Shown here one piece after another: positions 47,534 through 55,664 of a stretch of 64,000 nucleotides of DNA. The stretch is taken from contig JAPUFB010000003.1 in NCBI GenBank assembly GCA_027492255.1, forward strand, positions 13,889-77,888, written 5' to 3'. How positions within the stretch are numbered: the stretch's first letter is position 1; the number at the start of each line of letters is the position of its first letter. This DNA is from Candidatus Saccharimonadota bacterium. GTDB taxonomy: Bacteria; Patescibacteriota; Saccharimonadia; Saccharimonadales; Saccharimonadaceae. The position numbers and the translations under genes are program-made. A model generated the notes under the pieces. The model was not told the DNA's origin and searched no databases. It saw nothing but the letters and a program-made list of their open reading frames with translations.

Positions 47534-47552
47534 CCAACTGAGCTAATTCCCC
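47534..47552 (-). repeat. duplicate of the first 19 nt of tRNA-Val(CAC)
   Basis: ccaactgagctaattcccc is identical to 47426-47444. TATATT box lies just upstream in minus sense. Confidence 0.75.
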
Positions 47553-47580
47553 GCAATTACAATATATGATTGTAGCGATG

Positions 47581-47609
47581 TTGTGTTCAGTGTGCAACAT
47601 CGGTATAAT
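47581..47609 (+). promoter_or_regulatory. promoter of the tRNA-Leu(CAG)/tRNA-Val(UAC) pair (TTGTGT-17 nt-TATAAT)
   Basis: TATAAT at 47604-47609, 19 nt before the tRNA 5' end. Confidence 0.55.
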
Positions 47610-47628
47610 AGTCATCGTCCCAAGCTAC

Positions 47629-47715
47629 GCGGATGTGGCGGAATTGGTAGACGCGCTAGCTTCAGGTGCTAGTGTTCGCAAGGACGTGGAGGTTCAAGTC
47701 CTCTCATCCGCACCA
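47629..47715 (+). tRNA. tRNA-Leu (anticodon CAG)
   Basis: Acceptor GCGGATG/CATCCGC, anticodon stem CTAGC/GCTAG, loop TTCAGGT, long variable arm, T-loop TTCAAGT. CCA is encoded; 87 nt. Confidence 0.9.
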
Positions 47716-47727
47716 TACGCAGGATAA

Positions 47728-47804
47728 GGGCGCTTAGCTCAGTTGGCTAGAGCATCTCGTTTACACCGAGAGGGTCGGGGGTTCGAGCCCCTCAGCGCCC
47801 ACCA
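47728..47804 (+). tRNA. tRNA-Val (anticodon UAC)
   Basis: Acceptor GGGCGCT/AGCGCCC, anticodon stem TCTCG/CGAGA, loop TTTACAC, T-loop TTCGAGC. CCA is encoded; 77 nt. Confidence 0.9.
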
Positions 47805-47811
47805 AAATAAG

Positions 47812-47839
47812 AAGGTCACGAAAGTGGCCTTTTTGTTTT
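47812..47839 (+). terminator. intrinsic terminator after tRNA-Val(UAC)
   Basis: AAGGTCAC-gaaa-GTGGCCTT followed by TTTTGTTTT. Confidence 0.7.
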
Positions 47840-47892
47840 GGTGAATAATTGTGGACTCAAACAGCCGACCCTCTCTGGCGGAGGGGTCGGGG

Positions 47893-47977
47893 TGAGAATT
47901 GCCCGTGGCAATTCGCAAGGAAACCTTCTCTTGAAAACTTGTTTTCAAAGATGAAGTTTCGGGCCAGCCGAAGGTAG
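47893..47977 (+). repeat. copy X1 of the unclassified hairpin-rich element, inserted in a partial tRNA-Val(UAC) 3' half
   Basis: TGAGAATTGCCCGTGGCAATTCGCAAGGAAACCTTCTCTTGAAAACTTGTTTTCAAAGATGAAGTTTCGGGCCAGCCGAAGGTAG. Preceded by GAGGGGTCGGGG and followed by GTCGAGCCCCTCAGCGCCCACCA. Confidence 0.6.
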
Positions 47978-47978
47978 G

Positions 47979-48000
47979 TCGAGCCCCTCAGCGCCCACCA
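47979..48000 (+). repeat. displaced copy of the 3' terminal 22 nt of tRNA-Val(UAC)
   Basis: tcgagcccctcagcgcccacca is identical to 47783-47804. Confidence 0.8.
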
Positions 48001-48037
48001 AAGTAAAAACCGGTCACGACGACCGGTTTTTACTTTT
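48001..48037. terminator. bidirectional terminator (perfect 15-bp stem) shared by the tRNA fragment and the convergent oxidase gene
   Basis: AAGTAAAAACCGGTC-acgac-GACCGGTTTTTACTT. Confidence 0.7.
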
Positions 48038-48042
48038 AGATA

Positions 48043-49686
48043 TTAGTTTCTAGGTAAATGCTCGGCAAGATGCGCGAGTGAGTATTCATGACGGAGCATG
48101 CCCACTACATCCTTGAGGTCGGTTCCAAGCTTCACACCAGGATTAAGTACATTGTAGGGATCACAGCCATCTTTTATGCGCTGGAAAAGAGCAAGCACCT
48201 CTTCACCTACCTGCATTTTCACGTATGGCGCACGTAAACGACCGTCGTTGTGCTCGGCAGCAATGCTTCCACCCATCTTAAGAACGAGGTGATAATACTC
48301 GTCCATAAGCTTGAATACCTTCTGACGATCCGGTACTTTACTAAGATCAAGTAGTGGCTGGATATGAAGATTAGCGTCTCCAGCATGCCCCCACACAGCT
48401 GAGTCGAGATGATGCCGCTCGAACAAGTCATAAATACTCTCAATAAATTGTTGCAAATTTTCTGGTGGTACAACTCCGTCTTCAATAATCGGCAATGATG
48501 CTTTTCCACCTTCATCGTAATTAGTGACAGTTGCGGCAGAATGGCGAATTGCCCATAATTTCTCCTGCTCTAGTGGATCCGTCGTATAGTCGATATTCTC
48601 AGTAACGGTTCGTAGTAATTTGAGTGCACGCTTCACGATTTTTGAACGTGCACGTTTCACCTTATCGTCAAATTCAATAAACAAGATTGCGGCTGGTGTA
48701 TTGTTTGGTGGAACAAGCTCCTCTGAAAATATATAATCGCTATGTTTTTTTGCAAAATCGATAAGGTGACGATCCACGAGCTCAAGTGCACTCGGATGAA
48801 GATCGCGAAGCTGATCGAGGATATCCGACATTGTCTCGAGAGTATCGAAGCCGGCGACAATTAGATCATTGTGCGGATTGTAAGGCTCCAGCTTAAGGAT
48901 AGCTTCAGTCACGACACCAAGCGTTCCTTGCGAGCCAACAAAAAGCGGCGTAAGATCAAACGATCCATCACGTTTCTGAACCTGTTCGAGTTGGTATCCG
49001 ATACTATTTTTAGTCACTTTTATGGTATCAAAATAGGTATCGATGAGTTCAGGATTGTCATTGAGTACGCCATCAACCGCACGATACAATTCGCCTTCAA
49101 GCGTTGCTAGTCCTTTTTTCTTCTGTAATTCTTTACGACTAATCCTACCTGTTTGAATTACCTCGCCGTTCGCAAGCACTACTTCAAGCTTATCCACCCA
49201 CTCGAGCATTGAACCATATTTCACCGATTTTTCACCTGCCGAATTATTCGCAATTGCCCCGCCGATAGTTGAATACTGGTATGACGCAGGATATGGAGGA
49301 AGAAAGAGGCCGTGAGTATACAGTGTTTCCTGGAGTGATTTAAAATTGACGCCCGGCTGAACGCGTACCAATTTTTGCTGCGTATCAAGTTCAAGAATTC
49401 GATTGAGGTGGGCAGGAAAAACTAACATAATTCCCTTACCAATAGCAGCTCCTGTCTGATCAGTGCCACTCCCCCTGGCGGTAATTGGTAGAACATGGCC
49501 TTTTTCAGCAAGCTGCCAGGCAAATCGAGCTACTTTTCGTACATCAGAGGTCGAGCGCGGATAGACGATAAATGACGGCTTCACCGACAAAACACTCGCA
49601 TCAGTCGAAAAAAAATCCCGAGCTTTCTCGCTGACTAACACCTCACCACTGAGATGAGTTTGTAGATAACTAGCAACTTTGTTCAT
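48043..49686 (-). CDS. FAD-linked oxidase (GlcD/D-lactate dehydrogenase family)
   Basis: ORF extends to 49758; the ATG at 49686 follows AAGGGGAG (MNKVASYLQTHL...). FAD-binding PCMH domain (PITARGSGTDQTGAAIG) and a C-terminal oxidase domain (GGSIAAEHNDGRLR). Confidence 0.75.
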   Translation of the reverse strand: MNKVASYLQTHLSGEVLVSEKARDFFSTDASVLSVKPSFIVYPRSTSDVRKVARFAWQLAEKGHVLPITARGSGTDQTGAAIGKGIMLVFPAHLNRILELDTQQKLVRVQPGVNFKSLQETLYTHGLFLPPYPASYQYSTIGGAIANNSAGEKSVKYGSMLEWVDKLEVVLANGEVIQTGRISRKELQKKKGLATLEGELYRAVDGVLNDNPELIDTYFDTIKVTKNSIGYQLEQVQKRDGSFDLTPLFVGSQGTLGVVTEAILKLEPYNPHNDLIVAGFDTLETMSDILDQLRDLHPSALELVDRHLIDFAKKHSDYIFSEELVPPNNTPAAILFIEFDDKVKRARSKIVKRALKLLRTVTENIDYTTDPLEQEKLWAIRHSAATVTNYDEGGKASLPIIEDGVVPPENLQQFIESIYDLFERHHLDSAVWGHAGDANLHIQPLLDLSKVPDRQKVFKLMDEYYHLVLKMGGSIAAEHNDGRLRAPYVKMQVGEEVLALFQRIKDGCDPYNVLNPGVKLGTDLKDVVGMLRHEYSLAHLAEHLPRN

Positions 49687-49846
49687 ACTCCCCTTTTCCT
49701 GTTGAATTTCAAGAGATATTTCACTATACATTCTAGCATAAGCGTTTTTAAGCACCACTATCTGCTATTTATTTTTGGATTCTATGATAAATCAAGGTAT
49801 AATACCTGATGTCTAACGTATAGAACCTCACGCACTTTACACATTT

Positions 49847-49855
49847 TGGTATAAT
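49847..49855 (+). promoter_or_regulatory. extended -10 promoter (TGgTATAAT) for tRNA-Leu(GAG)
   Basis: 14 nt upstream of the tRNA 5' end. Confidence 0.5.
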
Positions 49856-49869
49856 TTTTTATACATTAC

Positions 49870-49957
49870 GCGGACGTGGCGGAATTGGTAGACGCGTCAG
49901 CTTGAGGGGCTGGTGAGCATTGCGCTCGTGGAGGTTCAAGTCCTCTCGTCCGCACCA
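49870..49957 (+). tRNA. tRNA-Leu (anticodon GAG)
   Basis: Acceptor GCGGACG/CGTCCGC, anticodon loop TTGAGGG, long variable arm, T-loop TTCAAGT. CCA is encoded; 88 nt. Confidence 0.9.
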
Positions 49958-49994
49958 ACAAAAATTGGGGTCGTATGACCCCTGTTTTTGTTGG
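49958..49994 (+). terminator. intrinsic terminator whose outer stem pairs with the tRNA CCA end
   Basis: Core GGGGTC-gtat-GACCCC plus T-run. The outer 10 nt ccaacaaaaa (49955-49964) are complementary to tttttgttgg (49985-49994). Confidence 0.7.
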
Positions 49995-50018
49995 TTTTAA
50001 AATATACCTCTTTATTCC

Positions 50019-51815
50019 CTATGGTGTTGTATACACTTGAGTCTGTTCAACGGTCCAGTATTCTATAGATCGATAGCGGTCAATAGGATCAGCAAGCGTC
50101 GAGCGTGAGACAAGCGAGCGAGTAGTATCCGTTGTGACGTAATTAGCAAGCGGCCGATAAAGGGCGACTGCTGGGGCATCTTTTATCCACTCGTCCACAA
50201 AAGTTTTGTATTTACTATCTCGCAAATCAGTTTCTCTTCGTGAACGAGCACTAATGAGCAAATCATCAACACGGCCCGACTTATAGTTAGCAAAGTTAAG
50301 GCCTCGTGGTTTTGCTTGTGATGAATGCCAGTATGCATACACATCAGGATCAGCGCCGAGTGCAAGCTCAAATACCAGTGCATCATACTGACGACTCTGA
50401 AGATAATTCGGAGCAATCTTATCAGGATCGATCGCCTCTGCCTTAACGGTCGCGCCAAGCAGTTTCCATTGACGCGCAAGTTCATTGATGACAAGCGAAT
50501 AATCCCCCGAACGTGGAGCAATTAAAGAAATCTCTAACTTTTTACCATCTTTTACTCGTACATTTCCTTCAATTTTCCAGCCAGCGGCATCAAGTTTCTG
50601 ATTTGCAGCCGTAAGGTCATACTTTGCCTGTTCTGAAAGTGTCATATTGACCTGTTCCGGTAAAATTGGACCACCGAGCGACACCACATTGTGCCCTAGT
50701 AATGCCAATAGCCCTAGGCGATCAGTACCCTGAACAAATGCTTGACGCACGGCAGTATCTTGAAAGACTGGGCTATCATTTTTTAGGAGCGCATAGACTC
50801 CATTCTCAACTTTGATGTCATTGTCTGAAACGGTTGGAATATCTTTCCTGATCGACGATACATCCGTAGGTGTTAATCCGTATGCAGCATTTACTTCATG
50901 AGAGACAAAACCTCTTCGAAGTGCGTCATTATTTGCATACGTATGAAGCTGAAATTTCTCTAGTTTTGGGTCCCCGCGATAAAAATCTTTGTTCGCGTCG
51001 AACTGTACAACAAGCCTGTCTTTATTTGGATCAATAACCTGCAGGCTCACAAATTTAAAGGGGCCTGAACCGATAGGACGACGATTATAACTGTTTTCGC
51101 GAAGCTGTGATGGTGAAATATCCTTAAGAAGGTGCTGCGGGAGGATGCCAAACGTTAGCGCATGTGCAAATGGCGCGTACTGACTCGGAAGTATAAATTG
51201 CACTTCATTTTTGGCTGTCTTTTTAGCAGTTACGCCCGCCCAGCTTGAATACCATGGCGATTTTACTCGATTATCCTTCATGAGACCAACGGTAAATATA
51301 ACATCATCAACAGTTAGCGGTTCACCATCATGCCAGCGTATACCATTGCGCAGCACGATTGAGTACGTCTTACCGTCATCGCTTACTTTCCAGCTTTCAG
51401 CCGCTTCACCACGAAGTGTATTGAGACGATCATATCCTAGGAGGCCAACAAAAAGTAGTTTACTTGCTGATTTTTCCGCACTTGTCGTTGCAAATAATGG
51501 ATTCATGGTATCAAGCTTACCGACAACCCCTTCCGCATACGTCCCGCCTTTATCAGCCGCCATCTCAGAGTAACTCTCTTGTTGCCAGAAGATTTGTAGG
51601 GTAGCAAGACCAATCAATAGTCCAACAAAAAACAACCAGGCAAGCGCATGGCGACGAACATCACGAATATTATCCCATCGTTTTACGATAAATTTATGGG
51701 CATGCTTCAAGGTTGATGTCTCGATTCGCCGAGCATGGCGGCGAAGAGTCGATTGACTAAATCTGAGACGCTTCAACTGCTGCCACGGTTTCAGCGGACG
51801 TCCACTATCGTCCAT
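50019..51815 (-). CDS. ABC transporter substrate-binding protein, family 5 (peptide/nickel type), membrane-anchored
   Basis: 598 aa. Basic N-terminus plus TM segment, then SBP_bac_5-like blocks (WKVSDDGKTYSIVLRNGIRWHDGEPLTVDDVIFT). Confidence 0.7.
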   Translation of the reverse strand: MDDSGRPLKPWQQLKRLRFSQSTLRRHARRIETSTLKHAHKFIVKRWDNIRDVRRHALAWLFFVGLLIGLATLQIFWQQESYSEMAADKGGTYAEGVVGKLDTMNPLFATTSAEKSASKLLFVGLLGYDRLNTLRGEAAESWKVSDDGKTYSIVLRNGIRWHDGEPLTVDDVIFTVGLMKDNRVKSPWYSSWAGVTAKKTAKNEVQFILPSQYAPFAHALTFGILPQHLLKDISPSQLRENSYNRRPIGSGPFKFVSLQVIDPNKDRLVVQFDANKDFYRGDPKLEKFQLHTYANNDALRRGFVSHEVNAAYGLTPTDVSSIRKDIPTVSDNDIKVENGVYALLKNDSPVFQDTAVRQAFVQGTDRLGLLALLGHNVVSLGGPILPEQVNMTLSEQAKYDLTAANQKLDAAGWKIEGNVRVKDGKKLEISLIAPRSGDYSLVINELARQWKLLGATVKAEAIDPDKIAPNYLQSRQYDALVFELALGADPDVYAYWHSSQAKPRGLNFANYKSGRVDDLLISARSRRETDLRDSKYKTFVDEWIKDAPAVALYRPLANYVTTDTTRSLVSRSTLADPIDRYRSIEYWTVEQTQVYTTP

Positions 51816-51825
51816 CTACTGTCCT

Positions 51826-52050
51826 TTACGCTAAAATTAGGTTAACTAAGATTGAAAGAATAAAAATAACAACTAGAATGATCGTTGCCTCATGAAGATT
51901 CTTATCGAGACCACGCCTCGTCGTAAATAATTCCCCTGATGCACCAAAGCCCGCCCCAAGACTCGCACCGCGGGCTTGAAGTAGGATTGCTAATGCTAAT
52001 AGAATTGCTGAAACAATTGTAGTGATCTGAAGTATATAGGACAGTGTCAT
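51826..52050 (-). CDS. secG: preprotein translocase subunit SecG
   Basis: 74 aa, two TM segments separated by the Gly-rich loop ARGASLGAGFGASGELF. Confidence 0.75.
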   Translation of the reverse strand: MTLSYILQITTIVSAILLALAILLQARGASLGAGFGASGELFTTRRGLDKNLHEATIILVVIFILSILVNLILA

Positions 52051-52439
52051 GATCTTACCGTCTCCTCGTCGTAATGTTCTTTATAATCTATTATACCGGT
52101 TATAGCGTAATTTATGACACTGATTATGATGCCGGTTATAACTGCACCCCAAAAGGTGACGTCCACCCCAGGTGCCAACTTCAACGCAACATAGACCATA
52201 AAGCCATTCACGATCAACATAAAGAGACCAAGTGTTAATAAAATAGCCGGCAAGGCCAGCACGACGACGATTGGCTTCAAAAGAGTATTTGCAAGCGATA
52301 GCAACAGGCCCGCCACGAGAAAGGTTGATGTTGTTGCTCCAGTATCATTAAAACTACTGCTTAGCACACGACTTGCTATCCATAGACCGAAGCTCATCAA
52401 AATCCAGCGCAGCAAAAAACCAAGAAATTGTTTCTTCAT
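52047..52439 (-). CDS. phage-holin-4_2/DUF360-like membrane protein
   Basis: 130 aa, 4 TM segments; LLSLANTLLKPIVVVLALPAILLTLGLFMLIVNGFMV is the family pattern. Confidence 0.55.
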   Translation of the reverse strand: MKKQFLGFLLRWILMSFGLWIASRVLSSSFNDTGATTSTFLVAGLLLSLANTLLKPIVVVLALPAILLTLGLFMLIVNGFMVYVALKLAPGVDVTFWGAVITGIIISVINYAITGIIDYKEHYDEETVRS

Positions 52440-52462
52440 ATTTACTCTTTAGTATAGCAAAC

Positions 52463-53977
52463 TTACACTGGAATATCTTTTTTACCATTAAGCCAAACGT
52501 ATACTTGGGCACCTTTTTTAGGTCCAAGCGCAGAAATCAATTCATCTCGCGATGCTTTTTTGACTCCGAGCCCACTCCCGAAAAGCCTCACGAGCTTTTT
52601 GCGCGTCACAGGTCCAACATTTGGAATATCATCAAGAATACTGTGAGTTGCCTGCGACCGCTTAAGGACTGTATGATAGCTAACCGCAAAACGATGTGAC
52701 TCGTCACGAATTCGCTGGAGTAGTTTTACGAGATTACTTGAATGCGGCACGTTTACAAGTATAAAATCGTCGGTTTCAGTAAAAAAACCTCCGAGAGATT
52801 GGAGCGAGGATGCATTAAGCCATACCTTGCTGCCATCTTCTGTTTTTTTGATAACAATCTGTTCTTCGCGTTTCGCAAGTCCGATCATTGGAATATCATA
52901 GCCCTGCTCATTACGGGCAGAAAGCGCCGCATCAAGTTGTCCTTTCCCGCCGTCGATCAAGAAGAGATCCGGCCTTCCCCAGCGCTTAATATTTTTTTCG
53001 CTCAATCGACGCATGAGTGTTTCGCGCATATTGGCAAAGTCGTTATTCTGATCGGTTGTAGTCTTAAACTTGCGATATTCTCCTTTATCGCTAACTCCGT
53101 TGGTGAATACAACCATACTTGCAACAACATTTGTTCCACTCATGTGTGAAATATCATACCCTTCAATCCGTCGTGGTGCCGTCGGGAGACTAAGAAGATC
53201 GATAAGCTCATTAAGCGCATGATCTTTACTGATGTCAAGAAACTCCTTGTCTGAAAATATCACGTGTTTGCTGAGTGATCGAAGCGCAAGAAGCTGATTG
53301 CGGATTTTACCGGCTTGCTCAAACTGCTGTAATCTTGCTGCTTCTTGCATATCGCGCTGTAGTTCTTTTTCGATCGTTTTTTTCTTGCCCTCGATGACAC
53401 TCATAAGCTTTCGTAAGTTTGCCCGATAATCCTCAATGCTTGTCTTCCCACCCTCAAGACCAGGATCAAGTCCTAGATGATATTGTAAATTCTCACGCTT
53501 CTGGCCTCCTAGCTGACGAGTTGCATACGGAAAAATCCTTCTCAGTAATTTAAGCGCTTCTTTTGTGCTACTTGCTGAAAAATACGGTCCAAAATATTTT
53601 GCACCGTCATCAAGCGGACGACGCGTCATGCCAACTGTCGGATACGCACTATCGTAGTCGATACGGATATAACTCAATGATTTATCATCCCGCAGCAATA
53701 TATTGTAACGAGGCATATAGCGACGGATCATTTCAGCTTCAAGAAATAGCGCCTCAAGCTCACTCTCAACTACCATCCAATCAGTATCGGCAATCTCGGT
53801 AACAAGCGCCTCTGTCTTCAGGTCACGACTACGTGAAGCTTGGAAATACTGCCGTACTCGATTACGTAGTACTGCGGCCTTACCGACATAGATAATTTCA
53901 CCGTCGCTGCTTTTATGAAAATAAACTCCGGGTTCTTTTGGAAGTTGTTTCAGCTTATCCTGTAATACGTCGTTCAT
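52463..53977 (-). CDS. uvrC: excinuclease ABC subunit C
   Basis: GIY-YIG N-terminus (PGVYFHKSSDGEIIYVGKA...LRNRVRQY), RNase H-like endonuclease domain, C-terminal HhH (IPNVGPVTRKKLVRLFGS). Short form, 504 aa. Confidence 0.9.
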   Translation of the reverse strand: MNDVLQDKLKQLPKEPGVYFHKSSDGEIIYVGKAAVLRNRVRQYFQASRSRDLKTEALVTEIADTDWMVVESELEALFLEAEMIRRYMPRYNILLRDDKSLSYIRIDYDSAYPTVGMTRRPLDDGAKYFGPYFSASSTKEALKLLRRIFPYATRQLGGQKRENLQYHLGLDPGLEGGKTSIEDYRANLRKLMSVIEGKKKTIEKELQRDMQEAARLQQFEQAGKIRNQLLALRSLSKHVIFSDKEFLDISKDHALNELIDLLSLPTAPRRIEGYDISHMSGTNVVASMVVFTNGVSDKGEYRKFKTTTDQNNDFANMRETLMRRLSEKNIKRWGRPDLFLIDGGKGQLDAALSARNEQGYDIPMIGLAKREEQIVIKKTEDGSKVWLNASSLQSLGGFFTETDDFILVNVPHSSNLVKLLQRIRDESHRFAVSYHTVLKRSQATHSILDDIPNVGPVTRKKLVRLFGSGLGVKKASRDELISALGPKKGAQVYVWLNGKKDIPV

Positions 53978-53983
53978 TACCTA

Positions 53984-54493
53984 CTATTGTACAGTGTGTC
54001 GTGGGAAAATATTTCCAAGATTCAGTGTGGTAATAATATCAAGAATCAGCTGCTTATAGTGCGGATCTGTCGCATATTTCACCTCACGCCCAACAAGGAC
54101 ATCAAGATACTTCTCGTCATCATCGGGGTATGCTAACGCTTCTGAAAAATATGGACTCTGCTGTATAAAATCAACATAGTCTGCGAAAGAATCAACAAGC
54201 GTTGCATACACCCTAAAAAATGCCCCCTCATTAACGACATATCCTTTTATCACTTCTTGCGTGTCGAGATTCACCTTATCACCCCTCCACTGTGTGCCCG
54301 CTTTAATCCCAAAGAGATTGCGGTATTCATGTGCAAGACGACTCTCACCCCAGCCTGATTCAAGAATCGCCTGCGCTGTGATAACACGTGGATTTATAGT
54401 ATTATTCTGTTGTTGCAAATCTTTTACATTAACAACAATTTTACTCAAGAAATCTTTTTGTTTTGGTGTAATATTGAGCGTATTAATTCCCAC
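53984..54493 (-). CDS. glucosaminidase-domain peptidoglycan hydrolase
   Basis: ITAQAILESGWGESRLAHEYRNLFGIKA (mannosyl-glycoprotein endo-beta-N-acetylglucosaminidase block). ORF opens at 54610 but overlaps trx there; the GTG at 54493 is the likelier start (uncertain). Confidence 0.6.
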   Translation of the reverse strand: MGINTLNITPKQKDFLSKIVVNVKDLQQQNNTINPRVITAQAILESGWGESRLAHEYRNLFGIKAGTQWRGDKVNLDTQEVIKGYVVNEGAFFRVYATLVDSFADYVDFIQQSPYFSEALAYPDDDEKYLDVLVGREVKYATDPHYKQLILDIITTLNLGNIFPRHTVQ

Positions 54494-54821
54494 TCTGTAG
54501 CGCTTTCGCGATTTCTTGACGCAGTACACTTTCAGGTCGAGCGCCAATAAGTTCATCAAGCACTTTCCCATTTTTGTACAGCTGCATATTTGGGATACCC
54601 TGCACGCCATGTTCGCCCGCTAATCGAGAATTATCCGCCGAAGCCTCAACATCTACTTTTACGATATCAATCTCATCATCTGCTGCAATTTTCTCTAGTA
54701 TAGGCGCCATCATGCGGCACGGAGGGCACCATGTTGCCCAAAAATCAACGAGGACAAGCTTATTATTCTTCTGAACCTTTTCTTCAAATTCTTGCTGAGT
54801 TGTGGTTATATAAAGTGCCAT
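54483..54821 (-). CDS. trxA: thioredoxin (active site WCPPC)
   Basis: 112 aa; LVDFWATWCPPCRMMAP. CPPC replaces the canonical CGPC. Confidence 0.85.
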   Translation of the reverse strand: MALYITTTQQEFEEKVQKNNKLVLVDFWATWCPPCRMMAPILEKIAADDEIDIVKVDVEASADNSRLAGEHGVQGIPNMQLYKNGKVLDELIGARPESVLRQEIAKALQSGN

Positions 54822-54822
54822 A

Positions 54823-55218
54823 TTATTTCTCCTTATTATTCATACAATCGTGACATGATCCCGAGACCGTAAGGGGACCGCTTATGAGGCAATTTCCGAG
54901 CTCCTTCTCAAGCAACAGACGATGCGCTGAGGGAATAATGATATCCTTCAGCCGATCACAATCCTCGCAGAGAAAGTGATCATGCGAACGAACTTTTGCA
55001 TCATATCGCACCGATCCATCACCAGCCTTCGGACCAAGGCTCAACTCATTATCCTCGTACATGCGAGCCGTTATCCTATGTACCGTTGTGTCGCTAATAT
55101 CGGGATATAATTTCCGCATATATTGAGTAATTTGAGCATTCGTACTATGCCCCATTTCCCCGATAATCCTTCGGATATGCTTTTTGTAGGGTGTCTCTCT
55201 TCTTTTTATAGTAAACAT
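54823..55218 (-). CDS. Fur-family metalloregulator
   Basis: 131 aa; wHTH, HDHFLCEDC...x...CHDC metal sites. Confidence 0.8.
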   Translation of the reverse strand: MFTIKRRETPYKKHIRRIIGEMGHSTNAQITQYMRKLYPDISDTTVHRITARMYEDNELSLGPKAGDGSVRYDAKVRSHDHFLCEDCDRLKDIIIPSAHRLLLEKELGNCLISGPLTVSGSCHDCMNNKEK

Positions 55219-55283
55219 AATACTATTGTAAATGATTTACTTTTTATGTAAAGTGTTCATAGATAAACTATGCAAGGAGGGGT

Positions 55284-55661
55284 ATGAGAATTTGGATTCT
55301 AGTCGTCGCATTGGTTGTAGTTGCAGTAGGTGTTACGGTATTGACGCGAACTAACGATGCTACCGCGCCCCCTGCATCCAAAACTCAGCAGCAGCTCACA
55401 AGTGGTACGAAAATTATTGATGTGCGCACTAAGGAGGAGTATGCCGTCTCACACGTCAAGGGTGCTCAACTATTCCCCCTGCAAGACATGCAAAATAATC
55501 AAGTTCCCGATATAGCAAAAGACACGCCAATCGCTATCTATTGCCGATCGGGAAATCGTTCTTCACAGGCATACACTATTCTTAAGAATTCTGGATTCAC
55601 GAATGTTACGGATCTTGGCGGGCTTACTATGCTTGCCCGCTATGGTCTGAAGGTTGAATAG
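55284..55661 (+). CDS. membrane-anchored rhodanese-domain sulfurtransferase
   Basis: N-terminal TM segment, IIDVRTKEEY, active-site loop IYCRSGNRS. AAGGAGGGG is the SD. Confidence 0.8.
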   Translation: MRIWILVVALVVVAVGVTVLTRTNDATAPPASKTQQQLTSGTKIIDVRTKEEYAVSHVKGAQLFPLQDMQNNQVPDIAKDTPIAIYCRSGNRSSQAYTILKNSGFTNVTDLGGLTMLARYGLKVE

Positions 55662-55664
55662 AAA

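Noticed and set aside
47893-47977. Element X as a group I intron, hammerhead or other known small ribozyme, or as a tRNA intron
   Set aside because: It is too short for a group I intron. I find no CUGAUGA...GAAA hammerhead core conserved between the two copies. The host tRNA copies are fragments rather than splice-competent genes. I therefore left it unclassified rather than naming a family.
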